64,000 nt of DNA from the NCBI GenBank assembly GCA_020725405.1, contig DYFB01000015.1:32157-96156 (forward strand). The letters run 5' to 3'. The translations under genes and the position numbers were made by a program. A model generated the notes under the pieces. It was not told the DNA's origin. It worked only from the letters and a program-made list of their open reading frames with translations, and did not search any database. The stretch comes from Symbiobacterium sp. (GTDB lineage: Bacteria > Bacillota > Sulfobacillia > UBA995 > UBA9673). Of this stretch, positions 52,853-62,290 are shown piece by piece. Each line of letters opens with the position of its first letter. Position 1 is the first letter of the stretch.

Positions 52853-53278
52853 CTACCTGTCCCTCAGGTTGATCCCGACCGTCCCGCCCACGGCTCCGAT
52901 TAGAACCCCTAGGACCACGCGCTGGAGCAGGATGAGCCACGGGGCCAGTTGGTCGAAGAGAAGAAGACCGAGAATGGAGACCAGGACGAGGTAGACCGCT
53001 CCGGTCAGCGCCCCGTGGGCCCAACCGGCGGTCCCGGCCCGTGTCCCGGCGTAGACTCCGCCGAGGAAGAGGCAGAGGAAGCTGACGATGTTCATCACCA
53101 GCGGCGAGTGGATTTCACTGAGCCAACCCTGGTATATGACCAGGCCGATGACTCCAGAAAGAACGAACGCCAGAAGAAAAGCGGCGACCACGCCGAGAAC
53201 GACGTATTTGAGGTTGAGACCTTCCCTTGTCCGCACGGACGCGCGGGCCCTCGCCATTCCCGACTTCATAGCCACCAC
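52853..53278 (-). CDS. TIGR04086/YrzE-like membrane protein
   Basis: 4 TMs, GG.YAG...GW.HG, GG.VG.N. Confidence 0.75.
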   Translation of the reverse strand: MVAMKSGMARARASVRTREGLNLKYVVLGVVAAFLLAFVLSGVIGLVIYQGWLSEIHSPLVMNIVSFLCLFLGGVYAGTRAGTAGWAHGALTGAVYLVLVSILGLLLFDQLAPWLILLQRVVLGVLIGAVGGTVGINLRDR

Positions 53279-53327
53279 TCCCGATGCGTCGCCACCCGCC
53301 GGCTTCGGGGCGGCGTCTACCAGAAAA

Positions 53328-53355
53328 AGCTATGGTCCCCAGGGGGGCTTTATGC
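53328..53355 (-). promoter_or_regulatory. sigE-like promoter
   Basis: GCATA-16-CATAGCT on - strand. Confidence 0.5.
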
Positions 53356-53419
53356 TTGAAGCGCGGGAGCGGCTCCTCGGAACCGCTCCCGCCAACACCG
53401 GCTCCGCCTCTACCGGGCG

Positions 53420-53731
53420 TTACCGGTCCTCTCGACGGCGCCCGACGTACCGCGGTCGATCGAATTCGGACTCGCGCCTCGCGAACTCAGGGTAGTCAGG
53501 GTAGCCGGCCCATTCGTCCCCGAACTCCTCGCCGGCCATCTCACGCTCGGCGCGTTCGATCATCCGCCGGACCATGTTGCCTCCGACCTTGCCGACCTCA
53601 CGGGTCGTCATGTTCTCCCATCCGCGCCTCTCGATGTCGTCGGCAAGTCCCAGGTCTTCGGCAACCTCGTACTTGAACCGGTCGAGCGCCTCACCTGCCT
53701 CGGGAAGGACGTGCCGTCTGCGACGGGGCAT
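53420..53731 (-). CDS. alpha/beta-type SASP with charged C-terminal tail
   Basis: ALDRFKYEVAEDLGL, GWENMTTREVGKVGGNMVRRMI; AAGGAGG RBS. Confidence 0.88.
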   Translation of the reverse strand: MPRRRRHVLPEAGEALDRFKYEVAEDLGLADDIERRGWENMTTREVGKVGGNMVRRMIERAEREMAGEEFGDEWAGYPDYPEFARRESEFDRPRYVGRRREDR

Positions 53732-53772
53732 GCGGACACCTCCTTTCCGCAAGACCGGCCGGTTTGCGTATG

Positions 53773-53802
53773 TAGTCTACGACCGCGGAGAGGGTCTTAT
53801 GT
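53773..53802 (-). promoter_or_regulatory. sigG-like promoter of SASP
   Basis: ACATA-18-TAGACTA on - strand. Confidence 0.45.
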
Positions 53803-53977
53803 AAACACTATCTGGACGAGCTTCAACGGGGTGGCGAATCTAGTTGACCAATGTCGATAATGTCTTGGGCAATCCTGGCAGTAGTGTCGAAAAGGCAGAC
53901 CTTCAAAGATGATCGGCGGAGGTAGTCGACGAGCCGGTGTCTGAGCCGGGCTGCCCCCCTATCCTGGACGGGATGTC

Positions 53978-55030
53978 CTAGACGGGCCAGTACTCCTGCT
54001 GGACGCTCCGGATATCGTCAAGGCGCGACGATGCGGACAGGGGTTCGTCCTGAGGCTCGGGTGGATCGTAACCTTCAGGTTCGGGGATGGGGCCGCCCCG
54101 CCCGCTGGCGACGTTGAGGATCGAGGCCATACCCCACCCAAGCCCGACGACGTCGTAGCCGCCCTCGAGAACGAAGACGACGCGCCCCTGGCAGAGCTCG
54201 TCAGCAAGGCCGCAGACGATGGCGCTGAGCTCGCCGTAGCCGCCGGTGCTCAGCCTGAGCCGGCCTATTGGGTCGAGGTAGTGGGCGTCCAGGCCGCAGG
54301 AGACAAGGATGACCTCGGGGCGGTAGGCCCGCGCGACAGGCGCGATCACCGTCTCAAAGGCCTCGCGGTAGGTGCGGTCACCGCTACCGGGCGGCAGAGG
54401 CAGGTTTACCGTGTACCCCTCCCCCTCCCCCTCTCCGGTGTCGGTCAGCCAGCCGGTGCCCGGGTAGGCCGGGCTCTCGTGACAGGACACGAAGAGGACG
54501 CCCGGTGAGGCGTAGAAGGCGGCCTCGGTCCCGTTCCCGTGGTGCAGGTCCCAGTCGATGATCATGACCCGCTCGAGCCCCCGCCGCTTGCGGGCGTGAG
54601 CCGCGGCCACGGCCACGTTGTTGAACAGGCAGAAGCCCATGCCCTCTTCCGGGGTGGCGTGGTGCCCCGGCGGGCGGACCAGGGCGGCGGACCGCACCGT
54701 CCGGCCCGAGAGCACTGCCTCCAGGGCCTTGAGGGCCCCCCCCACGGCCAGAAGGGCGACGTCGAAGCTCTCCGCTGAGACCACGGTGTCCAGGGTCAGG
54801 TAGCCTCCGCCCGCCCGCGCGAACCTCCGGATACGGTCGATGTGCCGCTCCGTGTGGACCAGGGCGAGGTCCTCCTCTCTTGCCGGCTCTGGGGGCTCGA
54901 AGACAAGGGCCTCCTTGACCCCAGTCTCGGCCAAGGCCATCCAGACGGCTTCGAGGCGATGCGGGCCCTCGGGCCAGTTACCCGGGGCGTGCTCCAGATA
55001 GGCGCGGTCGTTGATAACGAGAAGGCTCAC
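53978..55030 (-). CDS. histone deacetylase-family (class II-like) amidohydrolase
   Basis: RPPGHHA, GFCLFNN, DWDLHHGNGT, G.DAH..DP, LEGGY. Confidence 0.93.
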   Translation of the reverse strand: MSLLVINDRAYLEHAPGNWPEGPHRLEAVWMALAETGVKEALVFEPPEPAREEDLALVHTERHIDRIRRFARAGGGYLTLDTVVSAESFDVALLAVGGALKALEAVLSGRTVRSAALVRPPGHHATPEEGMGFCLFNNVAVAAAHARKRRGLERVMIIDWDLHHGNGTEAAFYASPGVLFVSCHESPAYPGTGWLTDTGEGEGEGYTVNLPLPPGSGDRTYREAFETVIAPVARAYRPEVILVSCGLDAHYLDPIGRLRLSTGGYGELSAIVCGLADELCQGRVVFVLEGGYDVVGLGWGMASILNVASGRGGPIPEPEGYDPPEPQDEPLSASSRLDDIRSVQQEYWPV

Positions 55031-55081
55031 GTGCTGGCCCTCCTTCCGCCCGGGGACGGCCCCTTGCCCGCGGGCCGCTCT

Positions 55082-55927
55082 CTACTCCGGGTCCCCGAGG
55101 CGCTCGGGACGGAGAACGGGCAGCTCCGTCTCCAGAACCGGGACCCGCAGGCGCTTGATCTCCTCGCGGTTGGCGAGGAAGCGCTCCCGGCTGGGAAGCA
55201 TCCAATCGGTCACGAATTCCGTCAGGCTCTCGCGTGAAAACCGGTGCAGGGCGTCGGGTCGGGCCGGGTCGTGCCGGCAGAAGGGACAGGGACCCTGGCG
55301 GGCGCTCTCCCCCCGTGGGAGACGGCACACCGGGCAGACTCCCTCGGGAGTCGGCACGGGACGGTCCTCGAGGACGGCTCGAGCCAGCTCTTCGGTCCGG
55401 CGGATCAGGTCATCGTCCAGGAGGACCTCCCCCGGTCCGGGGGCGTAGGCCGTCAGGCTTCCGACCAGTCTGCCCCCGAGAAGGAGGCCGAGTTGGTTCA
55501 CCACGGGCGGAGCGAAGTAGTCCCACCCGGGCAGACCGGCCACCGTTATCGTCCCGGTCGGAATCTCAGGTCGTCCGGGGAGAACGGCCAGGGCGGCCAC
55601 TCCGCGGTCGATCAGGGCCTTGACCTGGGCCGGGGCCCCGAGAAGGTACGTGGGTGAGGCCAGGATGAGGCCGTCGTAGCGGGAGACCGTCTCGTAGAGC
55701 CAGAAGACGTCGTCTTCCTTCTTGCACCCGCCCCCGCGGTAGACGCAGGACAGACAGCCCTCGCAGAAGGTCAGGCGGAGGTCGCGGAGAGAGACGAGCT
55801 CGACCCCGGCCCCCCGGCCGGCGGCGGCCCGGAGAGCCACTCGGGTGAGCATCTCCGAGTTTCCTCCCGGCCGGAGGGAGGTCACGACACCTAGAATCCG
55901 CTTGGTCGTCGACAAGAACAGACCCAC
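55082..55927 (-). CDS. iron-sulfur flavoprotein/flavodoxin-fold protein with C-terminal CxxC pair
   Basis: S.R..GNS, CEGCLSC.....C, SPTY, ALIDR; CPVC...CPFC. Confidence 0.8.
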   Translation of the reverse strand: MGLFLSTTKRILGVVTSLRPGGNSEMLTRVALRAAAGRGAGVELVSLRDLRLTFCEGCLSCVYRGGGCKKEDDVFWLYETVSRYDGLILASPTYLLGAPAQVKALIDRGVAALAVLPGRPEIPTGTITVAGLPGWDYFAPPVVNQLGLLLGGRLVGSLTAYAPGPGEVLLDDDLIRRTEELARAVLEDRPVPTPEGVCPVCRLPRGESARQGPCPFCRHDPARPDALHRFSRESLTEFVTDWMLPSRERFLANREEIKRLRVPVLETELPVLRPERLGDPE

Positions 55928-56003
55928 CCTTCCGCGCCCGGCTCACGCGAAAGCCGGTCCGTCCCGCGGTCCACGAGTCGACGGGCAAGACGCCGGCGCT
56001 GCG

Positions 56004-57362
56004 CTAATTGTTGGGCGCGGCCGCGATGTTTCCTTCCTCGGAGCGTGGGACCCTCCCCCGGTATCTCGGGTCGGGGAGGCGCAGGGCCAGGCCGAGGCCC
56101 ATCAGCCCGAAAGCCGCGCTGACCGCGAACACGGCCTCGTAGCCGAGGAAGGAGGCCATGACCCCGCCCAGGACGGACAGGAAAGCGAAGGGGGCCATCA
56201 GCGTGTTCGAGAGGCCGATGAACGTGGCCCGGTTGGCCGGTGGGGTGACCTCGATGACGTAGTTCGTGAAGCCTATCCACCCCGAACCGAACGAGGAGCC
56301 AAGGAAGACGTAGACAAGGGGGTAAAGGGCCGTCGCCAGCCCGACGGCGCCGGCACGGTAAAGCCCGGTGAGGGCGAGGGCGGTCAGAGGAGCGAGGGTG
56401 CTCGCGAGGACGGCCATGACGATGACGCTCCTGTTCCCCCGCCGGTCGCTGAGCCGCCCGGCAAGGGCGCTCCCGGCCAGAGAGCCGATCATCTGGGCCG
56501 AAACGAAGAGGCCGACGGTCCCGACGTCGGCCCCGAGGTTCTGACCGGCATGAACGACGAAGAAGGGCTGCGACAGGAAGATGACGGCCAGGCAGAGACG
56601 GGCCTGCATCGCCTTCACGAAATCGGGGACGGAGCGCCAGGCCGCGGGCAGGGCCCGCAGATAGAGGCCGAGTCCGGTCCTTGACCGGACCTCCACGGCT
56701 GGCTTCTCCCTCACGCCGAGGAAGGAGAGAATGGACAGGAGGAAGCCGGCACACGTGCAAAGGAAGAGGGTGACGTAGCTCATCGGGTAGGGCAGGGCGG
56801 TGAGGATATGCCTCACGACGAAGCCGCAGAAGAAGGCCAGCAGGCCGCCGAGGACGAGCTGAGCCGCGAAGAGGCGGCCGCGGCGGTCGGCCGGGATGGT
56901 GTTGGCCACCGCGTCGGTCCAGGGAACCCCGTTGACCCCCTCGCTCAGGGAGGCGAGGATGAAGACCGGCAGGAAAAGGGCCAGGGCAAGGCCGGGCCGC
57001 GTCCCAGCGTAAAGATAGGTGATGAGGGCCATGAGGAGAATCCCGAGGCGCTGCAGCAGCGAGTTGATGACGATGAACCTTTTCTTGTAGCGGAGACCCT
57101 CGGTGAAGTTGGCCACGACCAGCTGCGGGAGGAACCAGCCGATGGTCCGGACGCTGGCGACGAAGCCGATGACGGCCTTGGAGTCCGTGAGGGTGCTGGC
57201 GAAGGCCGGCAAGACCGTAGTCGAGTCATAGAAGGCCGAGCCGGCCGAGAAGAAGGTGCCGTCAAGGGTCAGGAAAACGAGGTTGCGCTTCAGATACGGG
57301 TCGGGGGCGCTGTCCTCCGGGCCGTGGGCGGCCGGCCGGTGCAGTGGCGATGGCTCGGTCAA
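56004..57362 (-). CDS. MFS transporter
   Basis: about 12 TMs, IP..RRGR, G.LSDR.G. Confidence 0.85.
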   Translation of the reverse strand: MTEPSPLHRPAAHGPEDSAPDPYLKRNLVFLTLDGTFFSAGSAFYDSTTVLPAFASTLTDSKAVIGFVASVRTIGWFLPQLVVANFTEGLRYKKRFIVINSLLQRLGILLMALITYLYAGTRPGLALALFLPVFILASLSEGVNGVPWTDAVANTIPADRRGRLFAAQLVLGGLLAFFCGFVVRHILTALPYPMSYVTLFLCTCAGFLLSILSFLGVREKPAVEVRSRTGLGLYLRALPAAWRSVPDFVKAMQARLCLAVIFLSQPFFVVHAGQNLGADVGTVGLFVSAQMIGSLAGSALAGRLSDRRGNRSVIVMAVLASTLAPLTALALTGLYRAGAVGLATALYPLVYVFLGSSFGSGWIGFTNYVIEVTPPANRATFIGLSNTLMAPFAFLSVLGGVMASFLGYEAVFAVSAAFGLMGLGLALRLPDPRYRGRVPRSEEGNIAAAPNN

Positions 57363-57426
57363 GGCGAATACTGTCCCCTGTCTGGACGGTCGGCCGGCGG
57401 CGACGGGCGGTAGCCCGGCCCGACGC

Positions 57427-57903
57427 CTACACGGCAGGCTCGTGGATAAGGTTGTAGACGGTCTCGAGGTCGGCGATGATCTTGGCCCGCTCCTCGGGAG
57501 CCAGGTCCTTCATGAGCGTGGTCAGATAGTGGATCCGGCTCTCCATCACCCTGGCCACCATCTCCGCGCCCCGGTCGAGAAGGCGCACCTTGATGACCCG
57601 GCGGTCGTTCTGGTCGCGCTCCCGGGCGACGAAGCCGCCCTTTTCCATCCTGTCGACGAGATCGGTGACCGTGCTGCAGGCCAGGGACATCCGGTCACAG
57701 AGAGCTCCCATGGGCATGTCGCCGTCCCGGTGCAGGAACAGCAAGGCGTCGAACTGCGGGAAGGTGATGCGGAAGTCGCTCAGAATCTCCCGGCCCTTGA
57801 TGTAGACCATGTGGCTGATGTACCTGAGGAGGCGCTCCAGCCGCTCCACGTCTTTCCTTAAGGCCTCATCGGTCTCAGGGTCCTGACCCGGCGTCCTCTC
57901 CAT
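57427..57903 (-). CDS. MarR-family regulator
   Basis: IT.PQF..L, STVT.LVDRME..G.V.R.....DRR. Confidence 0.9.
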   Translation of the reverse strand: MERTPGQDPETDEALRKDVERLERLLRYISHMVYIKGREILSDFRITFPQFDALLFLHRDGDMPMGALCDRMSLACSTVTDLVDRMEKGGFVARERDQNDRRVIKVRLLDRGAEMVARVMESRIHYLTTLMKDLAPEERAKIIADLETVYNLIHEPAV

Positions 57904-58723
57904 CGCTACCTCCTCCGCTCCTCGGAGGCGAAGAGCTGCGGGCCCTCGGCCCCACGAGGTCTAACATCATCTGGGCGTTGCGCGCCGCCTGCCCGGCGTG
58001 GCAGTTGTTGAAGAAGACGTAGGTGACATCGGTCCGGGCGTCCATCTCGGCTATCGCCGGCTCCCATTCCCGGAGCTCCTCAGCCGAGTAGAGGTAGTCA
58101 TAGCGCTCCCAGGCTTCCTTGTGGTTCCACCACTTGGCCGCGTTCCGGCCGTGGAACCTGACGTAGCCGACAGTCGACGTGGCCAGGTTCTGCCGGGGCA
58201 TGAGCCCCTTGAGACGGGGCTCGTCGACGCAGCAGTAGCCGAGACCGGCCTGCCGCAGGACCTCGTAGGTCTCCGGCCGGTCCCACTCCGAATTGCGGAA
58301 CTCGACCACCAGGGGCAGGTCGGGGTACAGCTCGCGGATTTCTCCAAGGTAGGCCAGCGCGCCGGGTCCGGGCCGGTGCCGCCAGGGAAACTGGAAGAGG
58401 ACGGCGCCCAGTTTGCCCACGCCCTCAAGTGGCCGAAGGGCCTCCCGGAACTCCTGGAAGGCGGCCTGGCGCTGAGGTCCCGGCCCGAGCTCGTGAGTCA
58501 TCGACCGGTGGGCCTTGATGACGAACTCGAAGTCCTCCGGGGTCTTCGCCGCCATGGCCCCGAGAGTCCGGGCGGTCGGCATCCGGTAGTAGCTGAAGTT
58601 CAGCTCGACAGCCGGGAACCGCGTGGCGTAAAAGGCGAGCATGTCGTGTTCGCCGAGCCCCTCTGGGTAGAAGGAGCCCCGCCAATCGGCGTAGCTGAAA
58701 CCGGACGTTCCAATGACAATCAC
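57875..58723 (-). CDS. DUF72 (YecE-like) protein
   Basis: IGTSGFSY..W...FYP, VELN.SYY, FQFP, VEFR, YVRFHGRN, Y.YLY, FFNN. Confidence 0.9.
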   Translation of the reverse strand: MIVIGTSGFSYADWRGSFYPEGLGEHDMLAFYATRFPAVELNFSYYRMPTARTLGAMAAKTPEDFEFVIKAHRSMTHELGPGPQRQAAFQEFREALRPLEGVGKLGAVLFQFPWRHRPGPGALAYLGEIRELYPDLPLVVEFRNSEWDRPETYEVLRQAGLGYCCVDEPRLKGLMPRQNLATSTVGYVRFHGRNAAKWWNHKEAWERYDYLYSAEELREWEPAIAEMDARTDVTYVFFNNCHAGQAARNAQMMLDLVGPRARSSSPPRSGGGSDGEDAGSGP

Positions 58724-59904
58724 CCCTCCGGCTCCTCCTCCCCGTCGAGCAGGCGCGCGCGCGTCACCGAGCGCTCCCCGTACCGGTCCCTGATTCTATC
58801 CACGGCCCGCGATACCCTGCGAAGCTTGGCCGCCGGGTCGAAGAGGGTCCCGGGCGTCTCCTCGTCCCGCTCGAGGTTGGAGACGGCCACGCCCAGGAGG
58901 CGGACTTTGACCGAAGGGCGCCAGAAAACCCGGAAGGCCCGCCTCGCCGCTGCGTAGATGTCCTCGGCGAGGTCCGTGGGGTGGCTCAGGGTCGTCGAGC
59001 GCGTGGCGGTGGTGAAGTCGGACCGGCGGATCTTGACCGTAACTGTTCTACCGCGGTGGCCCTGGCTCCTCAGGCGCCGGGCGACCCGGTCGGCCAGGTC
59101 GAGGAGGGTCCGCTCGAGACGGTCCGGGTCGTCCGTGTCCCGCGCGAAGGTGGTCTCGTGGCTCACCGAACGGGACTCGGCCTCCTGACCGGCCGGCAGG
59201 ACCGGCGTATCGTCCTGACCATTGGCCGCCTCGTGGAGGCGCCTCCCCCCCACCCCGAACTCGCGGACCAGAAGGCCGACCGGGTACCGGGCGAGGTCCC
59301 CGATGGTCACGAGCCCGATAGCCCTCAGGCGCGCGGCGGTCCTCCCCCCGATTCCGTGAAGGTCGTCGACCGGCTTCGGCCAGAGGACTCGGGGGACGTC
59401 CTCGAGCCTGAGGAGGGTGAGGCCGTCCGGTTTTTCGAGGCCCGAGGCCATCTTGGCCAGGAGACGGTTCGGCGCCACCCCGACCGAGCAGGTCAGCCCG
59501 GTCTCGTCCCGGACCGCCGCTTTGAGGATCCGTCCGAGCGTGAGGGGGTCGCCGAAGAGACCCTCACACCCCGAGACGTCGAGATAGGCCTCGTCTATCG
59601 AGCTGGGCTCGACAAGCGGCGTGAAGCGCCTCAGGACGGCCAGAACGCGCTCGGAGAACTGGTGGTAGACCGCGTGGCGCGCGGGGAGAAAGACGCCTTC
59701 CGGACACAGCCGCTTGGCGCGGGCCGTGGGCATGGCCGACCGGACCCCGTATCGTCTGGCCTCGTACGAGGCGGCCGAGACCACCCCCCTGGCCTCGGCC
59801 GGCCCGCAGACGATGACCGGTCTCCCGGTGAGAGCGGGGTCGAGGACCTTCTCCACCGAGGCGAAGAAGGCGTCCATGTCCACGTGCAGGATCCAGCGGG
59901 CCAC
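58720..59904 (-). CDS. dinB: DNA polymerase IV
   Basis: HVDMDAFFASVE, ASYEAR..G, SIDEAYLD, AKMAS...KPDG, little-finger domain. Confidence 0.95.
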   Translation of the reverse strand: MARWILHVDMDAFFASVEKVLDPALTGRPVIVCGPAEARGVVSAASYEARRYGVRSAMPTARAKRLCPEGVFLPARHAVYHQFSERVLAVLRRFTPLVEPSSIDEAYLDVSGCEGLFGDPLTLGRILKAAVRDETGLTCSVGVAPNRLLAKMASGLEKPDGLTLLRLEDVPRVLWPKPVDDLHGIGGRTAARLRAIGLVTIGDLARYPVGLLVREFGVGGRRLHEAANGQDDTPVLPAGQEAESRSVSHETTFARDTDDPDRLERTLLDLADRVARRLRSQGHRGRTVTVKIRRSDFTTATRSTTLSHPTDLAEDIYAAARRAFRVFWRPSVKVRLLGVAVSNLERDEETPGTLFDPAAKLRRVSRAVDRIRDRYGERSVTRARLLDGEEEPEG

Positions 59905-59947
59905 GGGTCCCCACCGTCGTCCGTCGGATTCGCTCGTTCCGGCCCGG

Positions 59948-60559
59948 TCAGTAGAGGGCGTCCTCGTCCGCTCGCCGGTAGACGCAGGGGGACGCGTCGC
60001 CGAACCAGTGGGATATCTCGTGACTGGCCTCCTCGGGCGTCGAGGAGGCGTGGATGAGGTTCCGGACGGCCCTCTTGAGGGCGTTGGCGACCACGGCCGA
60101 GGTCGAGGAGAAGTCTCCGCGGATGGTCCCCGGGTCGGCGTAGAACGGCATCGTGTTACCGCAGAGCTTGCGCACGGTATCGATGCAGTGCAGCCCCTCG
60201 AGGACGCAGGCCACCACCGGGCCGGAGGTCAGATAATCGATGTTCCAGTCCTTCACCATCTCGCCGATGCGGAGCGGGTCGTCCGTCCCGACCTCCTCCG
60301 CGGGGTCGAGCCCGCGGTCGCGGTAGGTCTGGAGGGTCTTCTTCCCCATCCCCTCTATCCACTCGCGGGTGTTCGGGTAGTGGCGGGCGGCGAAGTCGCG
60401 GTCGGGGACGACCATCTTCAGAGCCACTATCTTCAGACCGGCCGTCTCGAACCGGGCGAGAATCCGGCCGGTAAGACCGCGCCGGACCGCGTCCGGCTTG
60501 ATGAGGACGAGGGTCCGCTCCATCAGGCCGTCGCCGGCCGTATCAAGGCTGGCTCGCAA
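59948..60559 (-). CDS. ndk: nucleoside diphosphate kinase (start 60559 or 60523)
   Basis: ERTLVLIKPD, SGPVV, PGTIRGDF, NLIHAS. Confidence 0.93.
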   Translation of the reverse strand: MRASLDTAGDGLMERTLVLIKPDAVRRGLTGRILARFETAGLKIVALKMVVPDRDFAARHYPNTREWIEGMGKKTLQTYRDRGLDPAEEVGTDDPLRIGEMVKDWNIDYLTSGPVVACVLEGLHCIDTVRKLCGNTMPFYADPGTIRGDFSSTSAVVANALKRAVRNLIHASSTPEEASHEISHWFGDASPCVYRRADEDALY

Positions 60560-60602
60560 GGGCACACACCTCGAGCGACCGCCCGCGTCTCGGCGGCGGG
60601 CG

Positions 60603-61685
60603 TCAGAAATCGGTCAGCGAAGCGACCGTGGCGGAGTCGAGCCTCCGCACCACCGCGGTCACGAGTTTCACCGCGTTGTCGTAGTCCTCAAGACTCAGGA
60701 TGCCCGTGTGACTGTGGATGTAACGCGTCGGGACGCCGATGACGACGCACGGGACCCCTCCGGCGTGGAGGTGGATGCGGCCGGCGTCGGTCCCTCCGCG
60801 GGCCATGGCCGAGTACTGGAACGGAATATCGAGGCTCCTGGCCGTCTCCACGCACAATTCGACGAGGCGCCGGTTGGGGATGTTCGAGCCGTCGAGGACC
60901 AGGATGCCCGGACCCTTGCCGACCTTGGTCATGGCCTCCGCGTCGTCCACTCCCGGGGTGTCCCCGGCGAGGTCGACATCGATGGCCAGCCCGACCTGCG
61001 GGTTCACGATATCCGAGGCGGTCTTCGCCCCGCGGAGCCCCACCTCTTCCTGGACGGTTCCCACTCCGTAAACGGTATTCGGATGGTCTTCGTTCTGAAG
61101 GGCGCGGATGACGTCGATGAAGACGGCCACGCCCACACGGTCGTCCCAGGCCTTGGCCATGACGAGCTTTCCGCTTGCCATAACCTGGAAGCGGCTGTCG
61201 GGCACGACCGGGTCGCCGGGCCTGACGCCGAGGACTTCGGTCGCCTCGTTTTCGTCAGAGGCTCCGATGTCAATGAACATGTCCTTCCTCTTAACGACCT
61301 TACTCTTCTCTTCGTCGGAGAGGATGTGGGGCGGCTTGGAGCCGATGACGCCGGGGACGTCGCCCTTGGCGGTCTTGACCAGAACCCGCTGAGCCAGGAG
61401 AACGTTGTCCCACCAGCCGCCGATCGGCTGGAACTTGAGGAAGCCCTCCTTGGTTATCTTGGAGACCATAAAACCTATCTCGTCCATGTGCCCGGCGATC
61501 ATGACCCTGGGCTCGTCAGACGCTCCCCGCTTCTTGGCGATGATGCTGCCGAGGCCGTCGAAGCTGACCTCGGCAAGGCCCTTCACCTCTTCCCGGATGA
61601 CCGTTCTGACCTCGCCCTCGAACCCGGAGATACCCGGAGCGTCGGTAAGTCGGCGGAGGAAAGCCAAGCGCTCATCCCGGTTCAA
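60603..61685 (-). CDS. M42 (TET) aminopeptidase
   Basis: GHMDEIG, KAWDDR, VQEEVG.RGA, GGTDAG, YIHS. Confidence 0.93.
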   Translation of the reverse strand: MNRDERLAFLRRLTDAPGISGFEGEVRTVIREEVKGLAEVSFDGLGSIIAKKRGASDEPRVMIAGHMDEIGFMVSKITKEGFLKFQPIGGWWDNVLLAQRVLVKTAKGDVPGVIGSKPPHILSDEEKSKVVKRKDMFIDIGASDENEATEVLGVRPGDPVVPDSRFQVMASGKLVMAKAWDDRVGVAVFIDVIRALQNEDHPNTVYGVGTVQEEVGLRGAKTASDIVNPQVGLAIDVDLAGDTPGVDDAEAMTKVGKGPGILVLDGSNIPNRRLVELCVETARSLDIPFQYSAMARGGTDAGRIHLHAGGVPCVVIGVPTRYIHSHTGILSLEDYDNAVKLVTAVVRRLDSATVASLTDF

Positions 61686-61727
61686 GCCAGTGACCCCCTA
61701 GAAAGTCGTAGGGGCGGCACCGCCCCA

Positions 61728-62108
61728 CTAACCGGCGGCGGCCCGCTCCCCGCAAACATCGAAGAGAACTCCCCGCTTCATTTCGGTAGCCGTGAGTTGC
61801 CTGGTCCCAAACTTCTCAGCGATGATGTTGACCGCGTCCCACGGGTTGACCTTCTCCCCGCAAGTGAACACGTCGACTGCGGCGTAACCGAATTCGGGCC
61901 AAGTGTGGACCGCGAGATGAGACTCGGATATGACTACGACCCCGCTCACACCCTGCGGGTTGAACTTGTGGAAGGCTACTTCTCTGACCTCGGCCCCGGC
62001 CCTGATGGCCGCGTCGACCATCAGTCCTTCGACCTTCTTCACATCGTTGAGGGACTCGGGATCGCAGCCGTACATCTCGGCGAGAATGTGGCGCCCCAGA
62101 GCGTTCAT
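61728..62108 (-). CDS. speD: S-adenosylmethionine decarboxylase proenzyme (class 1B)
   Basis: LGRH, F.PQGVSG, ISESH cleavage site, HTWPE, DVFTCG. Confidence 0.92.
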   Translation of the reverse strand: MNALGRHILAEMYGCDPESLNDVKKVEGLMVDAAIRAGAEVREVAFHKFNPQGVSGVVVISESHLAVHTWPEFGYAAVDVFTCGEKVNPWDAVNIIAEKFGTRQLTATEMKRGVLFDVCGERAAAG

Positions 62109-62234
62109 CCAGGACCAGCCCCCCTTGGCTCCGCTATTTTGTTTTGGGTTACCGGTTAGGCCGGTCCCACCCCATCTGAGAGTGCGGATTCTGGGATTCC
62201 GGTTTCTTGGAAAACCCAGTGACCAACATGTCCA

Positions 62235-62263
62235 ATTCTACGGTTTGGAACCCTTAGTGTCAA
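62235..62263 (-). promoter_or_regulatory. near-consensus sigA promoter of speD
   Basis: TTGACA-17-TAGAAT on - strand. Confidence 0.8.
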
Positions 62264-62290
62264 CACCAGGTCGAAATCTGTCGCCAGTGC

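Noticed and set aside
53797..53807. TTATGTAAACA, resembling a XerD arm (second dif)
   Set aside because: No XerC-like arm 6 bp upstream; better explained as the -35 of the sigG-like SASP promoter on the - strand.
25343..62108. Polyamine pathway formed by the GNAT, HDAC and speD
   Set aside because: The genes are far apart and unlinked, and substrate specificity cannot be read from sequence.
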